This document shows, piece by piece, positions 48,656 to 55,347 of a stretch of DNA of 55,347 nt. Under the pieces are notes generated by a model. The model did no database searches. It saw nothing but the letters and a program-made list of their open reading frames with translations, and was not told where the DNA came from. Within the stretch, counting starts at the first letter, position 1, and each line of letters starts with the position of its first letter. The translations under genes and the position numbers were made by a program. This stretch comes from a virus (lineage: Duplodnaviria > Caudoviricetes): IMG/VR virus record IMGVR_UViG_3300046170_000038, positions 1 to 55,347 of that record; one strand, written 5' to 3'.

Positions 48656-50233
48656 TTAATATCCAAAAGTTGAGTCTGCCATTGGCATACTGTTCTGAGG
48701 TGTACCCCTACTGTCATAATCAAATATACTAAAGCGTGGCCTAGACATTATACCATAACGTAGTGCGTCATACAAGTGATCTTCCGAGTGGGTATCTACA
48801 TCTTCTGGATTCTTTTTATCCAGTGGTATAGCAGGTAATTGTGAAATAGTTTCAGTACAGGTATTAAAGAATACCATACGTGCTTCCTCTGTAAACTCAT
48901 CTACCTGTAAACGCCTGTGTATTTCGTTCTTACCAGCTACACGTGAACCTTTACTTCTATCTGAAGGACGCCAGCGACAGCCTCTCATAATCATTTGTTC
49001 TGCTAGGCTAGGGCCAGTGTCACCACGTTTATGCCACAGTGACGAGTCAAGTACGCCATACCGTATATTACCATCACCAGCCTCTGCCTCAAGTACCATG
49101 TCTGCTAAGTCTACCGCAAGAACTTTAGATACATACAACTCTCTGTACACTACCAACTGCTCATCAGGACTAACCGCAAACCATAAGACTCCTGTGTAAC
49201 TTCCGTAACCGTAATCGCAAGCTCTAAACTTAACCCAGTTATTAGGAATTTCAAAAGGCTCAATGACATGATCGTGTCTATTAAACTCAGTGAAGGCTGC
49301 ACCTTCTTTAATGTCCCAATCACCGTCTAGTAATTGCCTACGTTGTTGCTCTGGTAGTGACAAAAGCATTGCTTCATAGTCACCCTGTTGCGACAAGTAC
49401 GGATTGTCTTTTAGTCTTGCAGGAATAAACCTGCGTTTAAATAATGGTCTACCTGCTTTGGCATGTCCTGCAGGATACTTTAATGGCTCACCTGTTTCAA
49501 TGTCTGTAGCTATAAATGACTTACCTGCAGGTGAGGGGTCTATAAACATTTTCTTAACCCAGTGATGGCCTCTGCCGCCGGGGTTTGTAGTTGCTCTCAT
49601 ACAAAGAGGTAACTCAGGGTCTGCTGATCTTAAACGTGACCTCATATAATTCCAAGCAAAAGGTGTAGCCCATTGGGTAAGTTCATCAAAACCGATCCAG
49701 CTAAAGGCCAATCCTTGATACTTAGTAACATCCTGATCCTTATCTAAATAACTCATCCACAGAGTAGCCCCTGATGGTGCAGTCCATTGCATCTTACGTT
49801 CTGACCACTTAATACCGGGCCAAATCTTAGGGTACATTTCCTGCGATTTACTAATAAGTTCTCTTAGTTCTTCTGTTGTGTGGCGTAGTAGTAGGCCGCT
49901 AAAGCTGGAATTACCCATGTACCTAAGAGGATCAGCAAGCATAGCGTAAGACTTACCCCCACCAGCACTGCCTCCGTACAGGACTTCTCTTTCACCTGCG
50001 GCAAGAAAGTTAGTCTGCGGTCCCTCATTCGGCTTAAAGATAACATTGTGGGTTTCCTCAACCTCCTTGATATAGTCATGTTCAATTATGTTAGGCTGGG
50101 GTAGCTCTTTCTTCGTTGTCTTTTTTGCTGTCAAGCCTTTTTTCTTCAATGGCTTCCGCTTTGGCGATTGCCGTTTTCGCATATTCAGCCCATCTGCGTA
50201 GGCTTGTAGCTTGTTGTTTTCTGCTTCGCTCAT
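48656..50233 (-). CDS. terL: Terminase large subunit (start uncertain)
   Basis: Walker A YGGSAGGGKS, Walker B IGFDE, ATTNPGG, CDYGY and DHLYDALRY. Confidence 0.95.
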   Translation of the reverse strand: MSEAENNKLQAYADGLNMRKRQSPKRKPLKKKGLTAKKTTKKELPQPNIIEHDYIKEVEETHNVIFKPNEGPQTNFLAAGEREVLYGGSAGGGKSYAMLADPLRYMGNSSFSGLLLRHTTEELRELISKSQEMYPKIWPGIKWSERKMQWTAPSGATLWMSYLDKDQDVTKYQGLAFSWIGFDELTQWATPFAWNYMRSRLRSADPELPLCMRATTNPGGRGHHWVKKMFIDPSPAGKSFIATDIETGEPLKYPAGHAKAGRPLFKRRFIPARLKDNPYLSQQGDYEAMLLSLPEQQRRQLLDGDWDIKEGAAFTEFNRHDHVIEPFEIPNNWVKFRACDYGYGSYTGVLWFAVSPDEQLVVYRELYVSKVLAVDLADMVLEAEAGDGNIRYGVLDSSLWHKRGDTGPSLAEQMIMRGCRWRPSDRSKGSRVAGKNEIHRRLQVDEFTEEARMVFFNTCTETISQLPAIPLDKKNPEDVDTHSEDHLYDALRYGIMSRPRFSIFDYDSRGTPQNSMPMADSTFGY

Positions 50234-50516
50234 TCTTTACCCGTTTCATTAACCCTACATGGGAGATACTTCTACCTGTGTGTGCGCTTAACCAATTAGC
50301 AACTTCTCTATACGAGTATTGCTTTAAATACTTTTTAGCAAGTACTAACTTATTAAGTTCATCGGGTATAGGTTTTAGTATCCTATCATCTTCAGGATCA
50401 ACTATATACCCAAAAGGTATTGTACGTGAAATTCGGGGAATGTCAACCCATTCATTATCAACTTTTACATCAGTGGGCTGTGGTAATTTCCATTTGCCTA
50501 GTGGCCTAGTCATCAT
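50091..50516 (-). CDS. Putative DNA-binding protein next to terminase
   Basis: IPFGY...YSYREVANWL...ISHVGL, recombinase-domain/HTH-like. Confidence 0.65.
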   Translation of the reverse strand: MMTRPLGKWKLPQPTDVKVDNEWVDIPRISRTIPFGYIVDPEDDRILKPIPDELNKLVLAKKYLKQYSYREVANWLSAHTGRSISHVGLMKRVKNERSRKQQATSLRRWAEYAKTAIAKAEAIEEKRLDSKKDNEERATPA

Positions 50517-50880
50517 CTTCTTCTATGTTTTTAGCTGGCATTAACATAACGCCACCCTTTGCCTCTACTTGCATCTTTTCTGTTTTAACCAATCCAGTGC
50601 GATCCAGTAGTTCCTTTGCAGAAGCAACTTTATCTTTAATGCCCAGTTCCGTGGGGTCATATAAACCACCAACAATAGCCATTGCAGCCTTTGGAGCATT
50701 CCTTGCCATATACATTTGAGTTGCTTCAAGTACTTCTTCCTTTATGCCTCTAATTAAATCACTAGTGCTGTAGGTATCTGAATACCCCGCTAGTTTCTTA
50801 GCAAGTACTACATCACCACCTGCACCGTCAAACAGTACATTAAGAAATGCTTGTTGTTTTTCTGTAAGTGTACGTGCCAT
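50506..50880 (-). CDS. terS: Probable terminase small subunit
   Basis: LTEKQQAF...AKKLAGYS HTH start and AKELLDRTG; upstream of terL. Confidence 0.7.
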   Translation of the reverse strand: MARTLTEKQQAFLNVLFDGAGGDVVLAKKLAGYSDTYSTSDLIRGIKEEVLEATQMYMARNAPKAAMAIVGGLYDPTELGIKDKVASAKELLDRTGLVKTEKMQVEAKGGVMLMPAKNIEEDDD

Positions 50881-51071
50881 TATTTTAGTTCCTTATATTT
50901 TGGTAAGCAATAAGCTATAGCTCTATCTTCTGGTGCTATGCCGTGTGTACTATATCGTTTAATTATTTGATTTGCATAATAGTTGCAGTGTTCAATCGTA
51001 TTAAATACCATTGTGTCCTCTATACGTTCTCTGTCTATGCCAAGATAAACTATTAGTACAAAGGTATACAC
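50880..51071 (-). CDS. Hypothetical protein
   Basis: Coupled ORF, hydrophobic N-terminus with a Cys pair. Confidence 0.6.
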   Translation of the reverse strand: MYTFVLIVYLGIDRERIEDTMVFNTIEHCNYYANQIIKRYSTHGIAPEDRAIAYCLPKYKELK

Positions 51072-51073
51072 CT

Positions 51074-51526
51074 TTACATCATTTCAAAATGTGGTGCATC
51101 AATAAATGGTCTACGGCCTTGTGATCTACGCAGGTCTACATAGCTATTCATAGCGTCCTCCATAGAACCGTCCCACTCAGCAATGTTACCTACACTCCAA
51201 GCTGCGCCCCACTTAATAGGTACACCATGAATACGTGCAGCGTCAGCCATAGCATCAGCTAAGTCATCATACATATTTAAAGCCCATGTAATGTTTGGGC
51301 CAACATAGGCTACCAAATCAACTGCACGGCCCTCTAGGTGTTTACTTTTCATGGTTTGTGATGCGCCCTTAGCTACCAAGGCTTCCTGCTCGGCTACTGT
51401 ACGCATACCGCATGTCACACCAAAGTCTACCTTAGTCATGTCAATAGCTGCATTAACTACAGTTACTAAATCTGGATTGACACCTTTAAGCCGACCAATA
51501 CTACGTGACGATAATTTAAATCCCAT
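51074..51526 (-). CDS. Endolysin, M15 (L-Ala-D-Glu) peptidase
   Basis: GMRT...Q, SKHLEGRAVD and DAPHFE zinc-binding motifs. Confidence 0.92.
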   Translation of the reverse strand: MGFKLSSRSIGRLKGVNPDLVTVVNAAIDMTKVDFGVTCGMRTVAEQEALVAKGASQTMKSKHLEGRAVDLVAYVGPNITWALNMYDDLADAMADAARIHGVPIKWGAAWSVGNIAEWDGSMEDAMNSYVDLRRSQGRRPFIDAPHFEMM

Positions 51527-51633
51527 TTTGTTTCTCCGCTATGAGCTTTGCTTGCTCCCGTATTAACTCTTGTTGTTTTTCTAATACAATAAACTGCCTG
51601 TCAACTTCACTTAACTGTGGCATTTTTATCACA

Positions 51634-51987
51634 TTATCTTTTGCCAAAGAACTTACTCACTGAACGCATTCCTATACTGGCACTTACAATACCACCTAAT
51701 GCAATCTGATACCACTGAGGCATAGCTTCTAAAGAAGTAAAACCTTGCGCTACTATTTGATTACCCCAATCGCCACAAAAGGCTAGGATCAGTGGGATTG
51801 AGAATAGTAAAGTAATCCACTCATCTTTCCATGAGTTTTCTGTAGCCTTTATAGCTTCAATGTCCCAATCAATCTCACCTGTAAGCTGTTTCTTTTTTAT
51901 CTCAGCCTCAGTTAATTTGATCTGTGTCTTACCATCTATGATACTGGTAGCTAATCCTGTGAGGCTACCTATAAGTTGACCAATCAT
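51634..51987 (-). CDS. Putative holin
   Basis: SWKDEW followed by TM helices, PQWYQ, basic C-terminus; upstream of the endolysin. Confidence 0.7.
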   Translation of the reverse strand: MIGQLIGSLTGLATSIIDGKTQIKLTEAEIKKKQLTGEIDWDIEAIKATENSWKDEWITLLFSIPLILAFCGDWGNQIVAQGFTSLEAMPQWYQIALGGIVSASIGMRSVSKFFGKR

Positions 51988-52274
51988 TTAAACAATCCTG
52001 TTTTACGATAATCTATTAAACCACCTTTATTAAGTGCTATAGAAGAAAAATGTTTTAAAAATTCTGCCTTTGTTGGATTATTATTTTTAAGATACCTCAT
52101 AATAGTTTTTGAAGTTTCTTTTCCCAATGTCGGTTCTGGGGCAGATTTATTTTCCTTTAAAAGTTTTTCTACTTGATCTAAACGTATTCTTTTTCCATCT
52201 TTAAAATCTATAACAGTTTGTTCTTTACCGTCATATTCAGCACTATTTATTTCATATGATTTTTTATTGCCCAT
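51984..52274 (-). CDS. Basic hypothetical protein
   Basis: ATG 52274; ends LNKGGLIDYRKTGLFK. Confidence 0.65.
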   Translation of the reverse strand: MGNKKSYEINSAEYDGKEQTVIDFKDGKRIRLDQVEKLLKENKSAPEPTLGKETSKTIMRYLKNNNPTKAEFLKHFSSIALNKGGLIDYRKTGLFK

Positions 52275-52276
52275 AA

Positions 52277-52483
52277 TTAATGTTTCTCGTTTCCTAGCCA
52301 TACCGCAAAACAACCTGTGAGTGCGCCCATACAAATAGATACTAATCCTGATTGTTGTACTGATGGGTCAGGCAATGTCATAAACCAATGTACCGTTTGG
52401 TATGTTAGTACAGTGACAGCAAGCATCATAATACGTGGCATGATTTGCCATTTAAGTATACGTTCCATAACAATCTCTGGCAT
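52277..52483 (-). CDS. Small two-TM membrane protein
   Basis: WQIMPR...WFMTLPDP...GLVS...GALTG. Confidence 0.75.
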   Translation of the reverse strand: MPEIVMERILKWQIMPRIMMLAVTVLTYQTVHWFMTLPDPSVQQSGLVSICMGALTGCFAVWLGNEKH

Positions 52484-52484
52484 A

Positions 52485-52748
52485 TTATTTCCCCCTATAT
52501 GCTTTTACTTTTTTTGCAACTTTCTTAGGTTGAGCCACAAACTGCTTACCCGCAGCCTTGCCTCTTCGTTTGGCACGTGTTGTAGCAGCATACTCAGAAT
52601 CACTAAGAGATTTAATAGCTTTAGCAGGAAGGTATCTTTCGCCAGTAGCCTTAGACCCCTGTGTAGAGGGCTTGCCACTCTTAGTTCTCCAATCCTGCTT
52701 AGTCCACCTGTCAAGGCTCTGTTGACTTTGAGCTTTACTTTTTGGCAT
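52485..52748 (-). CDS. Small basic protein (DUF5872-like)
   Basis: SQQSLDRWTKQDWRTKSG...ERYLP...QFVAQP. Confidence 0.7.
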   Translation of the reverse strand: MPKSKAQSQQSLDRWTKQDWRTKSGKPSTQGSKATGERYLPAKAIKSLSDSEYAATTRAKRRGKAAGKQFVAQPKKVAKKVKAYRGK

Positions 52749-52890
52749 CTGTATGTTTTTTCTGCACAGGAAAATTAGCGGTAAGACTTGCTCCTTTATG
52801 GGATACAAACTTACCACTATGTTTCATTAGTTTAAATTTACCGTCTTTTTGCTTCATCCAATGATAGCCTTTGGGTGCATCTACCTTCAT
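52735..52890 (-). CDS. Small basic protein (51 aa, not in ORF track)
   Basis: MKVDAPKGYHWMKQKDGKFKLMKH...; TAATG-coupled with GGAGG SD. Confidence 0.7.
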   Translation of the reverse strand: MKVDAPKGYHWMKQKDGKFKLMKHSGKFVSHKGASLTANFPVQKKHTDAKK

Positions 52891-53072
52891 TACTTGTATC
52901 CTCCCCCAGCTTTCTTGTAACGAGAGGCAACAAGCTGTGCTTTACGGGCCGACCACTGGCCGGGGCTTCCACCTTTGCTGCCAGCTTTAACGGAATTAAA
53001 AATACGCTTACGCATACTAGGCTTAGTATAATTACCTGCCGCATTAACGGTAGACTTTTTGCCTGATTTCAC
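52890..53072 (-). CDS. Small basic protein
   Basis: NYTKP...GGSPGQWSARKAQLVA...YKKAGGGY. Confidence 0.75.
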   Translation of the reverse strand: MKSGKKSTVNAAGNYTKPSMRKRIFNSVKAGSKGGSPGQWSARKAQLVASRYKKAGGGYK

Positions 53073-53184
53073 CTCTTGTTACTCCTATGTCTCTAAGAGC
53101 TTTATCTGACATATGTTGTAATTGCCAGTATGCTACTCTACGTTCTTGTGCTTGTTGTATTGTTTTAATAATATTCTTGAACAT
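53044..53184 (-). CDS. DUF1127 (YjiS-like) small protein, 46 aa, not in ORF track
   Basis: MFKNIIKTIQQAQERRVAYWQLQHMSDKALRDIGVTRGEIRQKVYR with L-x2-MSD-x2-LRDIG-x-TR-x-EI signature; AAGGAG SD. Confidence 0.88.
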   Translation of the reverse strand: MFKNIIKTIQQAQERRVAYWQLQHMSDKALRDIGVTRGEIRQKVYR

Positions 53185-53271
53185 GGTATGTCTCCTTATG
53201 TTTAACCATAAGATAGTTATACCATGTTCAAGTTTAAATAACTACAGCTATTAATGCATTCCCGCTATGCA
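53176..53271 (-). promoter_or_regulatory. DUF1127 control region: LysR-type palindrome, -10 box and RBS-sequestering inverted repeat
   Basis: TGCAT-N7-ATGCA at 53255-53271; TATAAC at 53221-53216; 14-bp inverted repeat 53176-53189/53219-53232. Confidence 0.65.
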
Positions 53272-53297
53272 CGATCAACACAACGGAAAGGGTTGAA

Positions 53298-53540
53298 TTA
53301 CTTAGGTGTGCCACTTTGAGTAGCTGGACCTGTTAAGTGAGTAGGAGAGGCTTTAGCTTTCATCATTGCTACTGCCTTCTCCATATCTTTCTTGCGTTGT
53401 CTAGTGGCTCTTTTAGTAGTTACGTCAGGAGTATAGCCATGCTTATTAGCAAATTCAGATGAGGTCATTTCACCATCACTTACTTTAGCCTGATCCATTC
53501 TTTCAGTAGCTGTCATAGAGTATTTAGATTTAGTAACCAT
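53298..53540 (-). CDS. Hypothetical protein
   Basis: TAATG-coupled ORF. Confidence 0.65.
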   Translation of the reverse strand: MVTKSKYSMTATERMDQAKVSDGEMTSSEFANKHGYTPDVTTKRATRQRKKDMEKAVAMMKAKASPTHLTGPATQSGTPK

Positions 53541-54235
53541 TACTTCTTAGTTTTTTTCTTAGCCATGCCACCGTACATATATGCAGTAGCTTTTTTCTTA
53601 GCGGTAGGTTTCTTTTTAGCCATACCACCCTTCATCATTTTGCCAACACCGTCAGCAGCAAAGGCAGGTACTTTTTTACCATTCTTCATTACCATTGGCA
53701 TACCACCATCTTTAAGATTTTTAGGACGGGCTTTAGGTCGTAGTGATGTTTTTACACCCGGTTTAGATGTAGGTACACGTGTTCCCTGTGGTACTTTTTC
53801 ATTATTACCACGGCGAGTGTTTGTGTTTTCTGTACGAGATTTAGTGTCGCCTTTGTCTTTAGCTTTTTGTTCTGCAGCTTTAACCTTTGCAATTTCTTTT
53901 TCAATACGTGTTTGTAACTTAGCTCGCTGTTCTGCAGTCTTAGCTTTCTTTAAATCACTACGTAGTTTAACTATAGATATTGCAGGTGTAGCACTTGCAA
54001 CCACTGTAGCTCCTGCAGCAGCCCTACGCTGCCCACTACGGTACACACGCTGCGCTCTAGTAGCAGGATCAATTTTCTTTTGGCCTGAAGTTGGACCATC
54101 TTTTAAATCCTTCATATGTTTTTTGCCTTCGTTTACAGCTTTCTTTGTAAACTTTTTAGTTGCGGCTGCTAGACCACGTTTTGCAATAAATCTTGCTACA
54201 ACACCTGCTGCTGCTGCTATTAAGGGTACTCCCAT
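53540..54235 (-). CDS. Lys/Ala/Arg-rich basic protein
   Basis: Very basic; C-terminal MKGGMAKKK-type repeats; AAGGA SD. Confidence 0.75.
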   Translation of the reverse strand: MGVPLIAAAAGVVARFIAKRGLAAATKKFTKKAVNEGKKHMKDLKDGPTSGQKKIDPATRAQRVYRSGQRRAAAGATVVASATPAISIVKLRSDLKKAKTAEQRAKLQTRIEKEIAKVKAAEQKAKDKGDTKSRTENTNTRRGNNEKVPQGTRVPTSKPGVKTSLRPKARPKNLKDGGMPMVMKNGKKVPAFAADGVGKMMKGGMAKKKPTAKKKATAYMYGGMAKKKTKK

Positions 54236-54247
54236 TGGTTTAATTCC

Positions 54248-54526
54248 TTACCATTTTACTTTATTAGCCCAGTATGCGGCACTCATTTTGCCCTTGGCTA
54301 TGTTCTTTCCATGACGAGCTTTAAATGATGCACGTTTCTTTTTCATTTTACTTGTTTCACCAGCTTTTGGTTTACCTGCGGTCTTCGCTCCCTGTTCACC
54401 AAACCTGATGAGCTTAATTTTACTACCCTCTTTTGCAAGTACGGCATGACTTTTCGTTGGGTGATCAGGGGTACGCTTCGGCTTGTTATAACCTGCAAAG
54501 GTTTCCCCTCTATATGTAATACTCAT
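54248..54526 (-). CDS. Small basic protein with R-x-SF-x-ARH...SAAYWA motif
   Basis: KLIRFG...RASFKARH...SAAYWANKVKW. Confidence 0.8.
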   Translation of the reverse strand: MSITYRGETFAGYNKPKRTPDHPTKSHAVLAKEGSKIKLIRFGEQGAKTAGKPKAGETSKMKKKRASFKARHGKNIAKGKMSAAYWANKVKW

Positions 54527-54768
54527 TAGGATTTTCCATAGTTAGGATCACTGTATGACTTCTCAGTCCAACCTTCCAGCCTCATTGCTTCTTCTACGTG
54601 CTTTAATGTAAATGATTTACCGTAGTGAGCATCAACTGCAGCCTTTACATAAAATACATCACTATGTGGTATGTGCAGTTGGTCTAAATTACCGTCAAGA
54701 AGGTGGTTATAAAACTCTTCTAATACATTGTCTGTGTATAGTTTTACAGATTTCTTACTCATTGTCAA
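54526..54768 (-). CDS. Hypothetical protein, first gene of the late arm
   Basis: LEEFY...LHIPHSDVFYV; coupled to the downstream gene. Confidence 0.7.
   Translation of the reverse strand: MTMSKKSVKLYTDNVLEEFYNHLLDGNLDQLHIPHSDVFYVKAAVDAHYGKSFTLKHVEEAMRLEGWTEKSYSDPNYGKS
54741..54768 (-). promoter_or_regulatory. Putative late-arm promoter
   Basis: TTGACA-N16-TAAAAC(TAT). Confidence 0.55.
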
Positions 54769-54795
54769 GTACTTTCTACATATTATTGTTATTTA

Positions 54796-54839
54796 TGTAC
54801 ATTTAAAGTGATAGGATTTTAGTTTGTACATTTAAAGTG
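54796..54839. repeat. 15-bp direct repeat TGTACATTTAAAGTG x2
   Basis: Copies at 54796-54810 and 54825-54839. Confidence 0.85.
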
Positions 54840-54925
54840 TCTGCATTTACGTGATTAATAGGTTTTAATTATTATTCATCTACAAATGAATCACTGTAAG
54901 TGAGTGTCTACTGTCTACTATGATA

Positions 54926-54953
54926 GTTTTACACATCCAGTAAAACATGTCAA
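54926..54953 (-). promoter_or_regulatory. Putative late-arm promoter with internal inverted repeat
   Basis: TTGACA-N16-TAAAAC(TAT); GTTTTAC-N7-GTAAAAC at 54926-54946. Confidence 0.6.
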
Positions 54954-55105
54954 CCCCTAATCGTACATGTAGTAGCATTTTAGTGTAAGGTTTGGGGTAA
55001 TGTGTGACAAATATGTCACTATATATGCAGCTATGGGGTATCATGGTACGTATATACACCTTGTGGTTACCAGTTTGAAAAACTTGATCTGTGTATTTGT
55101 GTATG

Positions 55106-55347
55106 CACATATACTACGCCACCCCCAGTGGCCCTTGCCCCGCCCGTGTGATCGCCTGTGAAGAAGGTACCCGTGCATTATCTCCCTCGGTTTTTCCACA
55201 CATCTTTTTTGCCACACCATCATTGCCGCATATGCCTGTTATCATGGGCGATATGGGATAGCGGCAAGTGTTATGAAAACAGTTATGGTGCGATATGTGA
55301 AAGCAAACATTCAAATATTAGAATGTGTGAAGCGATGTTGAGCCGAT
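55106..55347. repeat. Right copy of 242-bp direct terminal repeat
   Basis: Identical to 1-242. Confidence 0.95.

Noticed and set aside
20656-54314. Many + strand ORFs opposite late genes (for example 53565..54314, 23137..23610) and - strand ORFs opposite early genes
   Set aside because: Antisense shadows of real genes, without SD or recognisable motifs.
1-55347. Phage RNA polymerase, tRNA genes, stop-codon reassignment or a DNA-modification cluster
   Set aside because: None recognised; genes tile densely under the standard code, and the ORF breaks are frame changes rather than in-frame stops.

Overview
The window is an apparently complete linear dsDNA phage genome: about 55.1 kb unique sequence bounded by an exact 242-bp direct repeat (1-242 = 55106-55347). 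Gene content matches the HMO-2011-type marine podoviruses of Alphaproteobacteria (SAR116/Roseobacter hosts): family A DNA polymerase with an inserted DnaJ-type CxxCxGxG zinc finger, tyrosine integrase just upstream of primase and helicase, and no phage RNA polymerase. The + strand arm (0.6-20.1 kb) carries early genes, a SleB-like hydrolase, DUF932, integrase, primase, helicase, ThyX, PolA, SSB, exonuclease, endonuclease I, class II RNR and MazG. The - strand arm (54.8-20.1 kb) carries small basic proteins, holin/endolysin, terminase, portal, scaffold, capsid, tail, a multi-fibre cluster and ejection proteins. The arms converge on a terminator at about 20.1 kb. About a dozen single-base indels break essential structural genes (34-40.6 kb, 48.45 kb) and are most likely sequencing errors. 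The most interesting signals are (1) an ORF-free early region of about 300 nt with six nested helices, a candidate large ncRNA; (2) a CC/(C/U)UAC internal-loop RNA module repeated five times in the scaffold and capsid leaders; (3) a DUF1127 small-protein gene, absent from the ORF track, with a LysR-type box and a 14-bp RBS-sequestering hairpin; (4) a half-size, single-repeat Na+/Pi cotransporter; and (5) shared short GG/GLMAR peptide motifs across late proteins. All family calls come from motif recognition by eye; no searches or folding programs were run.
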